In this document: piece after piece, positions 29,476 through 39,683 of the stretch
How the letters are laid out: each line of letters opens with the position of its first letter
Position numbering within the stretch: position 1 is the first letter of the stretch
NCBI GenBank assembly: GCA_021372535.1
Contig: JAJFUH010000107.1
Span: 5,768-69,767 of the forward strand
Direction of reading: 5' to 3'
DNA from: a bacterium
GTDB taxonomy: Bacteria; Latescibacterota; Latescibacteria; Latescibacterales; Latescibacteraceae
Length of the DNA stretch: 64,000 nucleotides
Position numbers and translations under genes: made by a program
The notes under the pieces: model-generated
Seen by the model: only the letters and a program-made list of their open reading frames with translations
Databases searched by the model: none
Told to the model about the DNA's origin: nothing

Positions 29476-31020
29476 TTACTTTTTCCCCACAGTGATTCCC
29501 GGCCAGTCATCCGTCCTGAAGGGTGCAATGGGAAGATTATCCCTGTTGTACAGGTTGACCTCGGGATTCCAGCCCCAGGCATACCTGACCGCGACCGGCT
29601 CGGGGACGGCATCACTCCGCACGACAACCTCTTCGCCCTCGATACGGGCTTCAGCCCAGACGAATACACGATCGGTGCCCGCAATGGAGAATCCCTTGGG
29701 CGGTGCGCCGTCTTTTGTGACGAGTCCTCCGGCAGTAAAGTCGAATCGGAGACGGATTTCGCCGTTCTCGCTGCTCATCGACCGGTAAACCGGGCCGGAG
29801 TAAGCGACATTGTTGTAGTCATAGGCTGCCTTGAGCGCAGACAGGGCGAGCCGTCTGCCCGCCTCCTGCTTGTTACGGTAATGGACATCCTCCTCGCCCA
29901 GATCGATGGTGACCGCCATACCGGTATTCGGGAGGCTCATGGCCATGGATTGCGCCTCACGGAGCTCCGCCGCAGTGCTGTCACCCGGCTTCTCCTCACG
30001 TTTATTCCAGTTGGCGAGCTGCACGACAAGGAAGGGAATATCGCCGCGCCCCCAGCGCTTTCTCCAGTCCTCGATCAGAAGTGTGAGCTGCCTGCGGTAG
30101 AGGAAGGCATTTCCGCAGTCCGATTCTCCCTGATACCATGTCCAGCCTTTGATGGGATACCATGAAAGCGGCGCAATCATGCCGTTGTAGAGCCATGATG
30201 GCGTTCCTCCCATGTTTTTCCATTCCTCCGGCGGCTGCGGTATGGGATTGTACGACCATTTGAGGTGCATCTGGACGAAACAGTATTCAAACCATCCTCC
30301 GAGGCCGTCATAATAGTCCTCCATCGCCCGCGGTTTCTGGTCGAGCACCAGCCGGAACGGTTCAAGGATGGAGCTGACTTCCGGATCAGACTCCAAAGCA
30401 TCGAGGCTCGTCCACTGCCTGATCGCCGTCCCGCCCCATGCGCTCTGGATGAGCCCTATCGGCACATCGAGCCGCTCCGTGAGCTCACGGCAGAAGAAGT
30501 ACCCGACACCGGTTATGTCGCCGACCGTGTGGGGAGTGCATTCCTGCCAGTGTCCCTCGAGGTCCTCCTGCGGGCTGCCTCTGCCTGTCTTTTTGACCTC
30601 GAAAAGACGGAGCTTCGGGTGGGTTCCCGCGGTAATTTCTTTTTCCGCATCGGTGCAGTATTTCACCGGCCATTCCATGTTCGACTGACCGGAACATACC
30701 CACACATCACCGATAAGGATATTGTAGAGCACGATAGTATTAGCGCCCGATATGGTCATTTCAAACGGGCCGCCCGCATTCATCGGTTCGAGCCCGACTC
30801 TCCAGCGCCCGTCGCTCCCGGTGACAGCGAAAGAGCTTTTCCCGTGGAAGCTCACCTTAACACGCTCGCCGGGTTCGGCCCATCCCCATATCGGTATGTT
30901 CGCGCCGCGCTGGAGCACCATGTGGTGGTCTATGAGCGCCGGAAGCCGGACATCGCCCCAAACAGGCCCGGAATTACAGTAGAGAAGAACAATCATTATA
31001 CATAATGATTTTCTATACAT
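29476..31020 (-). CDS. Sialate O-acetylesterase family (SASA/DUF303, SGNH-type carbohydrate esterase)
   Basis: It has a signal peptide, the nucleophile block GDVWVCSGQSNMEW, the downstream AWGGT block, and a C-terminal beta-sandwich, as in 9-O-acetylesterases. Confidence 0.75.
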   Translation of the reverse strand: MYRKSLCIMIVLLYCNSGPVWGDVRLPALIDHHMVLQRGANIPIWGWAEPGERVKVSFHGKSSFAVTGSDGRWRVGLEPMNAGGPFEMTISGANTIVLYNILIGDVWVCSGQSNMEWPVKYCTDAEKEITAGTHPKLRLFEVKKTGRGSPQEDLEGHWQECTPHTVGDITGVGYFFCRELTERLDVPIGLIQSAWGGTAIRQWTSLDALESDPEVSSILEPFRLVLDQKPRAMEDYYDGLGGWFEYCFVQMHLKWSYNPIPQPPEEWKNMGGTPSWLYNGMIAPLSWYPIKGWTWYQGESDCGNAFLYRRQLTLLIEDWRKRWGRGDIPFLVVQLANWNKREEKPGDSTAAELREAQSMAMSLPNTGMAVTIDLGEEDVHYRNKQEAGRRLALSALKAAYDYNNVAYSGPVYRSMSSENGEIRLRFDFTAGGLVTKDGAPPKGFSIAGTDRVFVWAEARIEGEEVVVRSDAVPEPVAVRYAWGWNPEVNLYNRDNLPIAPFRTDDWPGITVGKK

Positions 31021-31098
31021 TGACAGCAGGTTTCCCTTCTTTTTTAGGTATACTCGGTTTTACATATCCGTTCCGTTCAATACTCGCTTGCCTCATTT

Positions 31099-32466
31099 TC
31101 ATGATGCCTGGCTTTCCTTCATCTTCTTGTATTCGATCGGATTATCGACAAATATCAGGAAGTACAGCGCCGTGATGACCATGAGTACCATTGACAGCTT
31201 GAACGCCAATGTAAAGGACATGATGTTGCGCCCGATGAGAGCCCCCACGATCATGGGAACAACCACGGCGAACGGGAATACCGCAAAATTCACAAGCCCG
31301 ATGTAGGACGATTTATCCTGTATGGTGCAACTCAGGAGCGTCATGTTCGAGTACCCGATGTTGTTGCATATCTGGGCGAATCCGGCAAAAACCCATACGG
31401 CATAAAACGCATAGATGTTATGGGCGATAAGGGCGAGCAGCACTCCGATAAACGCCACGACCTGGAAGACAATGAGCGTGTGCTTGGGCCCGAAACGGTC
31501 GGCAATCCAGCCGGCGCTGAAAATATTGGGAGCGACCTTGAGCTCCGAGCCGAAAAGCTTCATGAGCAGGCCCAGCGGATATAGAATCACGAAAATCGGC
31601 CCGAGGCTCGCCAGTATCCAGCCGAGGAAATTCATGGTGACAAACAGACCTGTCTGTGCCTTGTCGATACCGAATTCGCCGGTTGTCATGTAAGTCGAAT
31701 AGAAGGTAAGGGCTATGTAGTGTCCGACGGCTATCCACATGCCGATAAAGAACCGGACGAGATTTTTATCTTCACGGATGATGGTGATGATATGCTTTAT
31801 GTACACCCCGAAATTTTCCATGCGGGGAGCAAGTTCGCCCTCCGGCTCATCGACAAGCCAGACCGCTACCGCCATGGCGATTGAAAAACCGAACGCACAG
31901 GCGAAGAGAATTTCGAACGCCACAGGATATCCGTATTCGAGGATTCGCTTGACAACACCACCGCCGAGGAGACCGCCGATAGAAGCGAGCATGAAATAGA
32001 TACCAAGCCAGCTTCCCAGTTTGTTCTGGGGGATAATCTTGAAAAGAAAAGTGAAAACGAGCGGTGCCGATGCTCCCCATGTGATGGTCGTCCCGGCATA
32101 ACATATAATAAAAAGGACAAGCATGAGTGTGAAGTTTCCACCGCCGGTGAACATGAGCACCATGCAGTAAACAAGCAGAAATAAACCGGAACAGATAAAA
32201 ATAATCCCCATCGCCCACTTTTTAATACGCAGGCGCTCTGAAAAATACGCGGCGGGAACCTGGGTGAGGATGAATCCCAGCCAGAACAGAGCATTCACCA
32301 CACCGTTATAAAACGACGAAGCCTGAAGAAATCCGAGCAGCGCCATCAAGGGACCATAATAGGCGGCAAAGGCTCCCCATACCGGTCCGCCGAATCCGTT
32401 GAGGAAATTGTAGATATTCGCCTTTGCGAAGTTGATCTCGGGACTGACCCGCTTGTGTTCGTTCAT
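31099..32466 (-). CDS. MFS-family transporter (12 TM helices)
   Basis: The 455-aa protein is highly hydrophobic and has the MFS-like organisation. Confidence 0.65.
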   Translation of the reverse strand: MNEHKRVSPEINFAKANIYNFLNGFGGPVWGAFAAYYGPLMALLGFLQASSFYNGVVNALFWLGFILTQVPAAYFSERLRIKKWAMGIIFICSGLFLLVYCMVLMFTGGGNFTLMLVLFIICYAGTTITWGASAPLVFTFLFKIIPQNKLGSWLGIYFMLASIGGLLGGGVVKRILEYGYPVAFEILFACAFGFSIAMAVAVWLVDEPEGELAPRMENFGVYIKHIITIIREDKNLVRFFIGMWIAVGHYIALTFYSTYMTTGEFGIDKAQTGLFVTMNFLGWILASLGPIFVILYPLGLLMKLFGSELKVAPNIFSAGWIADRFGPKHTLIVFQVVAFIGVLLALIAHNIYAFYAVWVFAGFAQICNNIGYSNMTLLSCTIQDKSSYIGLVNFAVFPFAVVVPMIVGALIGRNIMSFTLAFKLSMVLMVITALYFLIFVDNPIEYKKMKESQAS

Positions 32467-32566
32467 CGTTCCCCTCTTCGTTGATGGTGGTTATTGAACC
32501 GGTACTCTATACAGGCAACAGTAAAGAACAGGAAACTATGTTCATCAAGCAGAATGTACAAAAACA

Positions 32567-34675
32567 TTACAATAAATCAACAACATTATCTGGATTAACA
32601 GACGAACGGAACAAAAGATTGCGGTCGCAGCCGATTCCTCCGGCCTGTGCCCGGTACCATGCACTGTCGAATGTCGGTCCCGGATTGAACAGGATGAGCG
32701 GCTTGTTCACGAGCAGAAGCGTCGCAGTCCGAAAATCCCCGACACGCTTGATTGCGCCGTACGGCATGAGCCTGGCCAGCTCGCCGTCATATGCCGGATC
32801 GCTCCCGTTCATGTCGGCCAGAATCTTGTCGGTACCGCCGTGCGTCGCGCATGCGAACATGGCCGGTATACCGCACGATCCGAATCCGAGCACAGTCAGC
32901 CGGTCTTTTTTCCAAGTGTCCTTGCAGTACTGCATGGCAGTGATGATGTCCTGAATGCCGTTGAGGCCGTTGTCACGGTTGTAGGCGGAAGGCCACATGA
33001 ACGTATCCCATGTCTTCAGCGGAATCGCAAGCTGTCCCGATGCATACCCCCTGACACGGGCGATGCGATATCCTTTCGACAGGATATTCGCGATCCACGG
33101 CTGTATCGTGCCGGTGTCGAGCGAGATGAAATCTCCCCATGAATCGGGGCAGATAACGAGGATGGTTCCCGATGCGGTCGTTTTCGCGGATATGATTTCA
33201 CACTCGAAGCAGTCGCCTTTTCCTTTTCTGCCGAGGAAGTGTGTCTGGCTGGTATATGCTCCGATAGTTTTTACATCACCCTTTTGTGCGGTGAGGTCAT
33301 CGGGATCGGGAACAACGGCTGCAAGGACATCGCCGAGTTTTCGGTGAAATGTGATGCGAAATTCATTGTACTGGTCGGCGGAGTGCGGGAGAAGCGCGGA
33401 GAACGTCTGTTCCGAAGATGTTTTCCAGTTTTTGATGACATCCCATCCCGACACGGCGTTTTCTGGCAGAACTCTGTCAGGGAACACCCGCAGGTCGCCA
33501 AGCGCCTTCAGCTCGGGCGAGACCGGAGCCGGATTCTTTATGGCGGGGAACTGGCTCTTGAGGTGCATACAGAACCAGTCATATACGGCAGCCCGCGTCT
33601 CGGCGTTGTAATTATGGCCCGCGCTGATGTGAACGTTTTTGATCTTGTCATTGGCCCCGTAAAACGCGTAGTACTTCTGTATCATCGGGTATTCACGGGT
33701 CGGGGTGCTGTTTGTCCAGGGGTCCTCGGTCGCCGACATGAGGAGCAGCGGACGTGGCGCAAAAGCCGCTGCCATCTCCACGGTCGAAGTATCGAGCCAC
33801 AGGCCCGGTATATTCTCGCACAGGCATCCCGGATGTTTTTTCGCTCCGATGATGTTCACCGGCGCCGCGACCTTGACACGGTCATCGGCAATCATGAGAA
33901 ACAGAGTCTGCGTCGCTCCGCCCGATGCGCCGGTCACTCCGATTCTCGAAGGATCGACATCGGGGAGACTGCAAAGGAAATCCACTGCGCGGATGCCGTT
34001 CCAGAGCTGAACTCCGCCGAGGTTGAATCCGTACAGGTCCGCCCCGGAGAAACTGAAATCGGGCCGCATTTCGCGGGATTCATACGGCAGGGGCTCGTCA
34101 GCCTTGAGCTGTGCGCGGCTCTTGAACGGGTCATGGGGAAGCTGGAACGAATCGTTGTATCCTACCATGTCGATGCTGAACACCACGAATCCCATACGGG
34201 CGAAGTCGATACACCGACCCGGTATGGAGCCGGCTTCCGAGTTCTGGAGCCGCCCATACTGCCAGTGCCCGTGGGGGCAGACAACTGCCGGATAGGGCGG
34301 TTTCCCTTTTGCGGGACGGTACAGGTTCCCCGTGGCAAAAAACCCCGGCAGACTCTCGAAATACACCTTAGCAACCGTGAAGCCGTCGCCCTTCTTCTCA
34401 TCGAAGATGCGCGCATTCAGCGGTGTCCGCTCGGGTTCCGGCCAGAGGCCCGCCCGCAGGAGAAGCAGGTCGCGGATTTCCGCTCTCCGCTTTTCCCACT
34501 CGGCGCGGTTCTTCACATCCGCCATCCGTATCTCGAAATGGTCTGCATCCCGGAGCGTTTTGTCACGGGTATCGGTATTTGGTGCCTGTGAATATACCGG
34601 TATAACGTTAAAAGTGACTTGAAGCACGAGAAATACAATAATCATCGTTTTTAAAGCATGAGCACGGCGATTCAT
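32567..34675 (-). CDS. Secreted alpha/beta-hydrolase-fold esterase of the acetyl-xylan-esterase / dienelactone-hydrolase-like type
   Basis: It has a signal peptide and the nucleophile elbow GVTGASGG (GxSxG), and it is 702 aa long. Confidence 0.55.
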   Translation of the reverse strand: MNRRAHALKTMIIVFLVLQVTFNVIPVYSQAPNTDTRDKTLRDADHFEIRMADVKNRAEWEKRRAEIRDLLLLRAGLWPEPERTPLNARIFDEKKGDGFTVAKVYFESLPGFFATGNLYRPAKGKPPYPAVVCPHGHWQYGRLQNSEAGSIPGRCIDFARMGFVVFSIDMVGYNDSFQLPHDPFKSRAQLKADEPLPYESREMRPDFSFSGADLYGFNLGGVQLWNGIRAVDFLCSLPDVDPSRIGVTGASGGATQTLFLMIADDRVKVAAPVNIIGAKKHPGCLCENIPGLWLDTSTVEMAAAFAPRPLLLMSATEDPWTNSTPTREYPMIQKYYAFYGANDKIKNVHISAGHNYNAETRAAVYDWFCMHLKSQFPAIKNPAPVSPELKALGDLRVFPDRVLPENAVSGWDVIKNWKTSSEQTFSALLPHSADQYNEFRITFHRKLGDVLAAVVPDPDDLTAQKGDVKTIGAYTSQTHFLGRKGKGDCFECEIISAKTTASGTILVICPDSWGDFISLDTGTIQPWIANILSKGYRIARVRGYASGQLAIPLKTWDTFMWPSAYNRDNGLNGIQDIITAMQYCKDTWKKDRLTVLGFGSCGIPAMFACATHGGTDKILADMNGSDPAYDGELARLMPYGAIKRVGDFRTATLLLVNKPLILFNPGPTFDSAWYRAQAGGIGCDRNLLFRSSVNPDNVVDLL

Positions 34676-34691
34676 CTCACTACCTCCCGTA

Positions 34692-35414
34692 TCACAGATT
34701 CCCGTATTTCCGGTACATATCGTCCACCGACATTCCGCTCTCTATCTCCTTGCGCTGTGCTATTTCCTTGTCGAGTATCTCCTCGCAGCGGAGCATGACC
34801 TCGTCCGTCACTTCCTTCGGTATCACCTGTACACCGTCCGTATCGCCGAAAAGGAAATCACCCGGATATACCTTCACCGAATGCTTGAGATGGCCGGGCA
34901 TGTAAATGATTTCGTTTATTTCGTTGACAATCCAGCCCGTACGGGCGTTTGCGGTAGTTCCCATGGTGAATATTGGAAAGTCGTTCATCTGGAGGATGAT
35001 GCGGGTATCGCGGGCGTTTCCCGCCAGAACAATCCCGGTCGCGCCCTTGTTCTGTGCGAGGTGACAGCTCATCTCTCCCCACTGGGCGCAGAGGGAATTG
35101 GGGCCGGTGTCGATGCAGATGACACAGCCGGGAGTGACCGCCTCCATGACCAGCCGCTGCCTCGGCCCGCCGCCCCAGCCACGGTTTCCACGCTCGCGGA
35201 TAACCTCTTCGTCCTCGGCATGGGAATGCATCTTCACCGTGAGCGCATGACCGGCAAGCACCATGTCGGTGCGAAGCGGATGAATCGCGGGCGAAAGCAT
35301 GGTCTCGCGGATTCCGAGCGCCCAGAGCGCATCGAATACGAGTCCGCCATAAAACCGCTTGTAGCGTCTCACTCGCTCCAAGGGGTCAATATCGAGGTGT
35401 CGGTACTGTGTCAT
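34692..35414 (-). CDS. RraA-family protein (4-hydroxy-4-methyl-2-oxoglutarate aldolase / RNase E regulator-like fold)
   Basis: The 240-aa protein has RraA-like blocks (GDFLFGDTDGVQVIP; ...GIVLAGNARD...). Confidence 0.6.
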   Translation of the reverse strand: MTQYRHLDIDPLERVRRYKRFYGGLVFDALWALGIRETMLSPAIHPLRTDMVLAGHALTVKMHSHAEDEEVIRERGNRGWGGGPRQRLVMEAVTPGCVICIDTGPNSLCAQWGEMSCHLAQNKGATGIVLAGNARDTRIILQMNDFPIFTMGTTANARTGWIVNEINEIIYMPGHLKHSVKVYPGDFLFGDTDGVQVIPKEVTDEVMLRCEEILDKEIAQRKEIESGMSVDDMYRKYGNL

Positions 35415-35524
35415 GATTATTCCCTCCGGAAGGCATATATGAAATTGAGTTTCGATGCCGTATTCACATCATGGCGGTACATTTACATGACATCGATAGA
35501 AAAATCCTCATATATACGACAGGC

Positions 35525-36346
35525 TTATTGCGGTTCATGCCAGCGCGCCAGAAACAGGAACAACGCAAGCCGGTCCGATGTATTGATGGTTGCATGAGGA
35601 GTCTGCCCGTCCGGCGGGGTCATGAACGCCGTTCCCGCCGGCTGATGAAAGAGCCGTATACCGAGCTGCAGGTACGCGTCGCCGGAAACCAGGAACCAGA
35701 TTTCCTCAGTACCCTCAACGTGCGGATGCGGTTCGGCAATATTCATACCGTCCACTCCGACCAGCGCGAAACCCTCTTCCTGATAGAGCCCGTCGCTCCG
35801 GCCGATACTGCCGTAACCGACATGGTTCCAGTGCGCGCCGGGAGAAGCGTTTCCTTCAAGCAGGTTGCGGACGAGGATGTCGGTGCGGGCCTTGAAATTC
35901 TTCGGAACCGGTTCGGCTGCAATCACCATGAGGAGCGGCTCCTCGGTCTCGTTGGTGATGACGTGTTCAAGCGATGGTGGAATGAGAATCGCATCACCCT
36001 GTCTCAGGGGTAACTTTTTCCCTCCCCCTTCGATCCGTCCTTTTCCGGACATGATGTAAATCATCTCGTTTTCACCGTCATGCTTGACCGGCTTCGTTGA
36101 AACCATGCCGTTCAGCTCCCCGCGCGACAACCGTGAGAGATATTTCAGCACAGCACCCTGGGCGGGAGGATTCAGGGGGTCTCCCGGAGTGAGAATTGCG
36201 CGTTCCACGATGTTTCCGTGCGATGAGGTGGTAGGTGATGTCTCCCAGCTTTTTATCCAGCGGGACAGGTCACGTTCGGGTGGGGCGGCAAGCGAAGTAA
36301 AAGCGGCGAACAGGAACAGGACACATGCTAACGATAAGGACTTCAT
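35525..36346 (-). CDS. Secreted bicupin-domain protein
   Basis: It has a signal peptide and two cupin motifs (G..H.H...E.IYIMSG; EIWFLVSGDA). Confidence 0.55.
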   Translation of the reverse strand: MKSLSLACVLFLFAAFTSLAAPPERDLSRWIKSWETSPTTSSHGNIVERAILTPGDPLNPPAQGAVLKYLSRLSRGELNGMVSTKPVKHDGENEMIYIMSGKGRIEGGGKKLPLRQGDAILIPPSLEHVITNETEEPLLMVIAAEPVPKNFKARTDILVRNLLEGNASPGAHWNHVGYGSIGRSDGLYQEEGFALVGVDGMNIAEPHPHVEGTEEIWFLVSGDAYLQLGIRLFHQPAGTAFMTPPDGQTPHATINTSDRLALFLFLARWHEPQ

Positions 36347-36606
36347 AAGAACCTCCCCGATTGTTGATCAAACATGTGGCAAAAAGAGATGAACTCGTGT
36401 ACAAGAGGAAATGCATTGTTGTCTATAATAGCCAAAAAATGAGTTACATGGCAAGTTGTATTCCATATTCTTGACAAAGTGGTTACAGGCGTATATTTTC
36501 AGAATTACCCATGAAAGGGTAATTGTTAGAGTACGTATATAGTAGATGTATTCTTAATATTTTGATATTTCATAATTTATTACGGGTCAATGAAAGGAGT
36601 ATCACC

Positions 36607-37929
36607 ATGAATTTCAGTCAACAATCCCGCCGGTCGTTTTTAAAATCCGCATCGGTTGTGACCGCAGCCGCAGCGTTCGGAAGCTTTATCCCCTCGACAG
36701 CGCTCGGCGCCAACGACCGTGTCCGGTTCGGCGTTATCGGAAACGGCGGCATGGGAAGAGGCCATCTGACCAACCTGACGAAGAACAGCGCCGACTGGAA
36801 CATCGAGGTACCCGCGGTGTGCGATGTGTATCGCCGGAGGCTCGTTATGGCGCAGAAAATCTGCGAGGACAAGGGTTACAAGGCGGAAGGATATCTCGAT
36901 TACCGCAAAGTGCTCGAGCGGAAGGACATCGACGCCGTTCTCATCGCGACACCCGACCACTGGCATTCGAAGATAGCGATAGACGCTATGGATGCGGGAA
37001 AGCATGTCTATGTGGAAAAACCCATGACCCTGACAGCCGAACAGGCCATCGAGGTCCGCAACGCGGTGAAAAAATACAACAAGGTACTCCAGGTGGGACC
37101 GCAATATACCTCCCAGGACCAGTTCTGGAGCGCGCAGAAGGCGATACGTGAAAACCGCCTCGGTAAGGTTACCTGGGCGCACGGCAGTTTCAACCGAAAC
37201 ATCCGCGGCTGCGGATTCAACACCTGGTTCAAGATCGACGAGACCGCGGGGCCCAAAATGGAAGGCGAGGATTTCGTCGACTGGGATATGTGGCTTGGCT
37301 GGCAGTGGGGGCTTGCTCCGAGAATTCCCTGGAATCCGGAGCACTTCTTCCGTTTCCGCAAATATTTCCAGTATAACGGCGGTGTGGCGACCGACCTTCT
37401 CTACCATGTTCTCGCGCCGCTGCTTCTCGCCATCGCGGGCGAAAACGGCGAATATCCCCGCCGTGTCAACGCGAACGGCGGCCTTTACATCGAAAAGGAC
37501 GGCAGGGATATACCCGATGTATTCATGATGGCGGTGGATTACCCGAGCGAGTTCACCGTATACCTCGAAAGCGTGCTCACCAATGACACCTCGCTCCCGA
37601 CCAAAATCTACGGGCGGTACGGCACCATGGAAGTTCCCATCGCGGCGCAGGGTAACGATGTCATGACCGGCAACGGGGATTTCGTCAAGGAATTCAGGGA
37701 CATGAACAACGGCTACGACAAGGTGGAGCTCCACGCCGAGAACACCGGCGGCAACCACGAGGCGATGGAGAAGAACTTCATCGATGTCATCCGTCAGGGC
37801 GGAAAGCTCTTCTGCAATGTCGATCTCGGCTGCGCCACCATGGTGGCCATCAAGATGGGCGTCGAATCCTACCGTCAGAGCAAAACCATGGTGTGGGACG
37901 CGAAGAACGAGAAGGTAGTGGTGTCGTAG
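36607..37929 (+). CDS. TAT-secreted Gfo/Idh/MocA-family NAD-binding oxidoreductase (GH109-like)
   Basis: It has the twin-arginine motif SRRSFLK, the Rossmann motif GVIGNGGMG, and the EKP motif. The ORF track start at 36523 lies in frame upstream. Confidence 0.75.
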   Translation: MNFSQQSRRSFLKSASVVTAAAAFGSFIPSTALGANDRVRFGVIGNGGMGRGHLTNLTKNSADWNIEVPAVCDVYRRRLVMAQKICEDKGYKAEGYLDYRKVLERKDIDAVLIATPDHWHSKIAIDAMDAGKHVYVEKPMTLTAEQAIEVRNAVKKYNKVLQVGPQYTSQDQFWSAQKAIRENRLGKVTWAHGSFNRNIRGCGFNTWFKIDETAGPKMEGEDFVDWDMWLGWQWGLAPRIPWNPEHFFRFRKYFQYNGGVATDLLYHVLAPLLLAIAGENGEYPRRVNANGGLYIEKDGRDIPDVFMMAVDYPSEFTVYLESVLTNDTSLPTKIYGRYGTMEVPIAAQGNDVMTGNGDFVKEFRDMNNGYDKVELHAENTGGNHEAMEKNFIDVIRQGGKLFCNVDLGCATMVAIKMGVESYRQSKTMVWDAKNEKVVVS

Positions 37930-38259
37930 GTGAAAATTATTGACATTACACAATCTACAGTTTCAATAAATCAATCGTTGTATCCGGGGAAGGGCTTTAT
38001 TTATTATATGTGATGAAACACGAAGCCCTTCTCTCGACGGTGTTATGAACAGAATGGTACCCGTAAAGCCTCTCAGGATATTGTTCTGAGAATGAGTCCG
38101 CACTTGACTTTTCCATTCGTATTTCCCTATCTTTAAAAGTCCTCAACTATGCACTATGATCGTCGGCTCAAGTGATCAGAATACCAATGTCTGAAATCCA
38201 AGCCTATTGATATTCTCAGCGACATACATGTTATTTTCGATTAACGAAAGGAGCTTTCC

Positions 38260-39558
38260 ATGGAATCGAAAAAACCCTCGCGCCGTACATTCATCAAAAC
38301 CGGGGCCGCCGTAACCGGTGCGTTGTCCCTCGGAGGTATGACACCGTCCACGGTGCTCGGGGCGAACGACCGTGTCACATTCGGCGTTATCGGTGTGGGC
38401 GGCATGGGTTCCGGTCATCTGCGGAGCCTCGTCGACCACGGCGAGGAGAGGAACACCAAGGTGCTTGCGGTATGCGATGTCTACCAGCGCAGGCTCAACA
38501 AGGCAAAGGCTGTGTGCAACGGCGATGCATATCTCGACTATCGCAAACTTCTCGAACGTAAGGACATCGATGCGGTGCTCATCGCCACACCCGATCACTG
38601 GCATTCGAAGATATCGATCGAAGCGCTCGAAGCGGGCAAGCATGTCTATTGCGAAAAACCGATGACACTGACAGCGGAGCAGGCTATCGAAGTCCGTAAC
38701 GCGGTCAGACGGTATAACAAGAAATTCCAGGTCGGTCCCCAGCGCACTTCGGAGGATCAGTACTGGAACGCCCAGAAAGCGATCAAGGATAACAGGGTGG
38801 GTAAAGTGACCTGGGCACAGGGAAGCTATAACCGTAACGTCCGCGGCTGCGCCTTCAATGTTTGGTTCAAGATCGATGAAACCGCAGGCCCCAAAATGCC
38901 CGGCGATGACTACATCGACTGGGATATGTGGCTCGGCTGGCAGTGGGGGCTTGCACCGAAAATCCCCTGGAATCCCGAACATTTCTTCCGGTTCCGCAAG
39001 TACTTCCAGTATAACGGCGGAGTGGCGACCGATCTGCTCTATCATTTCCTTGCACCGCTTCTCCTCGCGATTGTCGGCGAAAACGGCGAGTTTCCCACAC
39101 GGGTCAATGGCGGCGGCGGTCTCTACCTTTTGAAGGACGGCCGTGATATCCCCGATGTATTCCTGATGACTGTCGACTACCCGAGCGAATTCACCGTTCT
39201 TCTGGGAAGCGTGCTCAATAATGATACGCAGATGCCGACCCGTATTTACGGGCAGTACGGCACCATCGAAATGACCGGGAACGCCGATATGAGCGCCAAC
39301 GGTGATTTCAAAAAGGAGTTCAGGGATAAAAACGAGGGATACGATGAGGTTTCGCTCCATTCCGAATCCATTACGAGCGGTTCCCCGACCGACATGGAAG
39401 GCAATCTGATCGATGCCATCCGTAAGGATACTAAATTGTTCTGCAATGTCGATCTCGGCTGCTCCACAATGGTAGCGATCAAGATGGGTGAGGAATCGTA
39501 CCGTCAGAATAAAACCATGCTCTGGGACGCGAAAAACGAAAAGGTCGTAACAGGCTGA
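38260..39558 (+). CDS. TAT-secreted Gfo/Idh/MocA-family oxidoreductase (a tandem paralog)
   Basis: It has SRRTFIK and GVIGVGGMG. It is colinear with the upstream paralog at about 75% identity. Confidence 0.75.
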   Translation: MESKKPSRRTFIKTGAAVTGALSLGGMTPSTVLGANDRVTFGVIGVGGMGSGHLRSLVDHGEERNTKVLAVCDVYQRRLNKAKAVCNGDAYLDYRKLLERKDIDAVLIATPDHWHSKISIEALEAGKHVYCEKPMTLTAEQAIEVRNAVRRYNKKFQVGPQRTSEDQYWNAQKAIKDNRVGKVTWAQGSYNRNVRGCAFNVWFKIDETAGPKMPGDDYIDWDMWLGWQWGLAPKIPWNPEHFFRFRKYFQYNGGVATDLLYHFLAPLLLAIVGENGEFPTRVNGGGGLYLLKDGRDIPDVFLMTVDYPSEFTVLLGSVLNNDTQMPTRIYGQYGTIEMTGNADMSANGDFKKEFRDKNEGYDEVSLHSESITSGSPTDMEGNLIDAIRKDTKLFCNVDLGCSTMVAIKMGEESYRQNKTMLWDAKNEKVVTG

Positions 39559-39626
39559 AACGGAACTGTTTTGTTCTATTGACGCAATTGAGTTTTCAAA
39601 CAGCAGGCGCGTCCGGTAATCACAGA

Positions 39627-39683
39627 AAACCCGGGTCATCGGTTTTGGTTTATTTGTACGAACCGGTAAGCCCGGGTTTTTTT
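39627..39683 (+). terminator. Rho-independent terminator after the Gfo/Idh/MocA pair
   Basis: An extended hairpin AAACCCGGG...CCCGGGTTT with inner CGGTT/AACCG pairing is followed by TTTTTTT. Confidence 0.55.

Noticed and set aside
29264-30165. Plus-strand ORFs overlapping the sialate O-acetylesterase and GNAT genes
   Set aside because: They are antisense to confidently annotated minus-strand genes and show no domain signatures.
33239-34591. A 450-aa plus-strand ORF inside the esterase locus
   Set aside because: It is antisense to the 702-aa alpha/beta-hydrolase gene, which has a clear signal peptide and a GxSxG motif. It is a shadow ORF.
36640-37953. Long antisense ORFs (36640..37953 −, 38176..39639 −) opposite the Gfo/Idh/MocA genes
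   Set aside because: These are shadow ORFs generated by high GC on the opposite strand of well-supported genes. The proteins are Arg/His/Val-rich and low in complexity, with no motifs.
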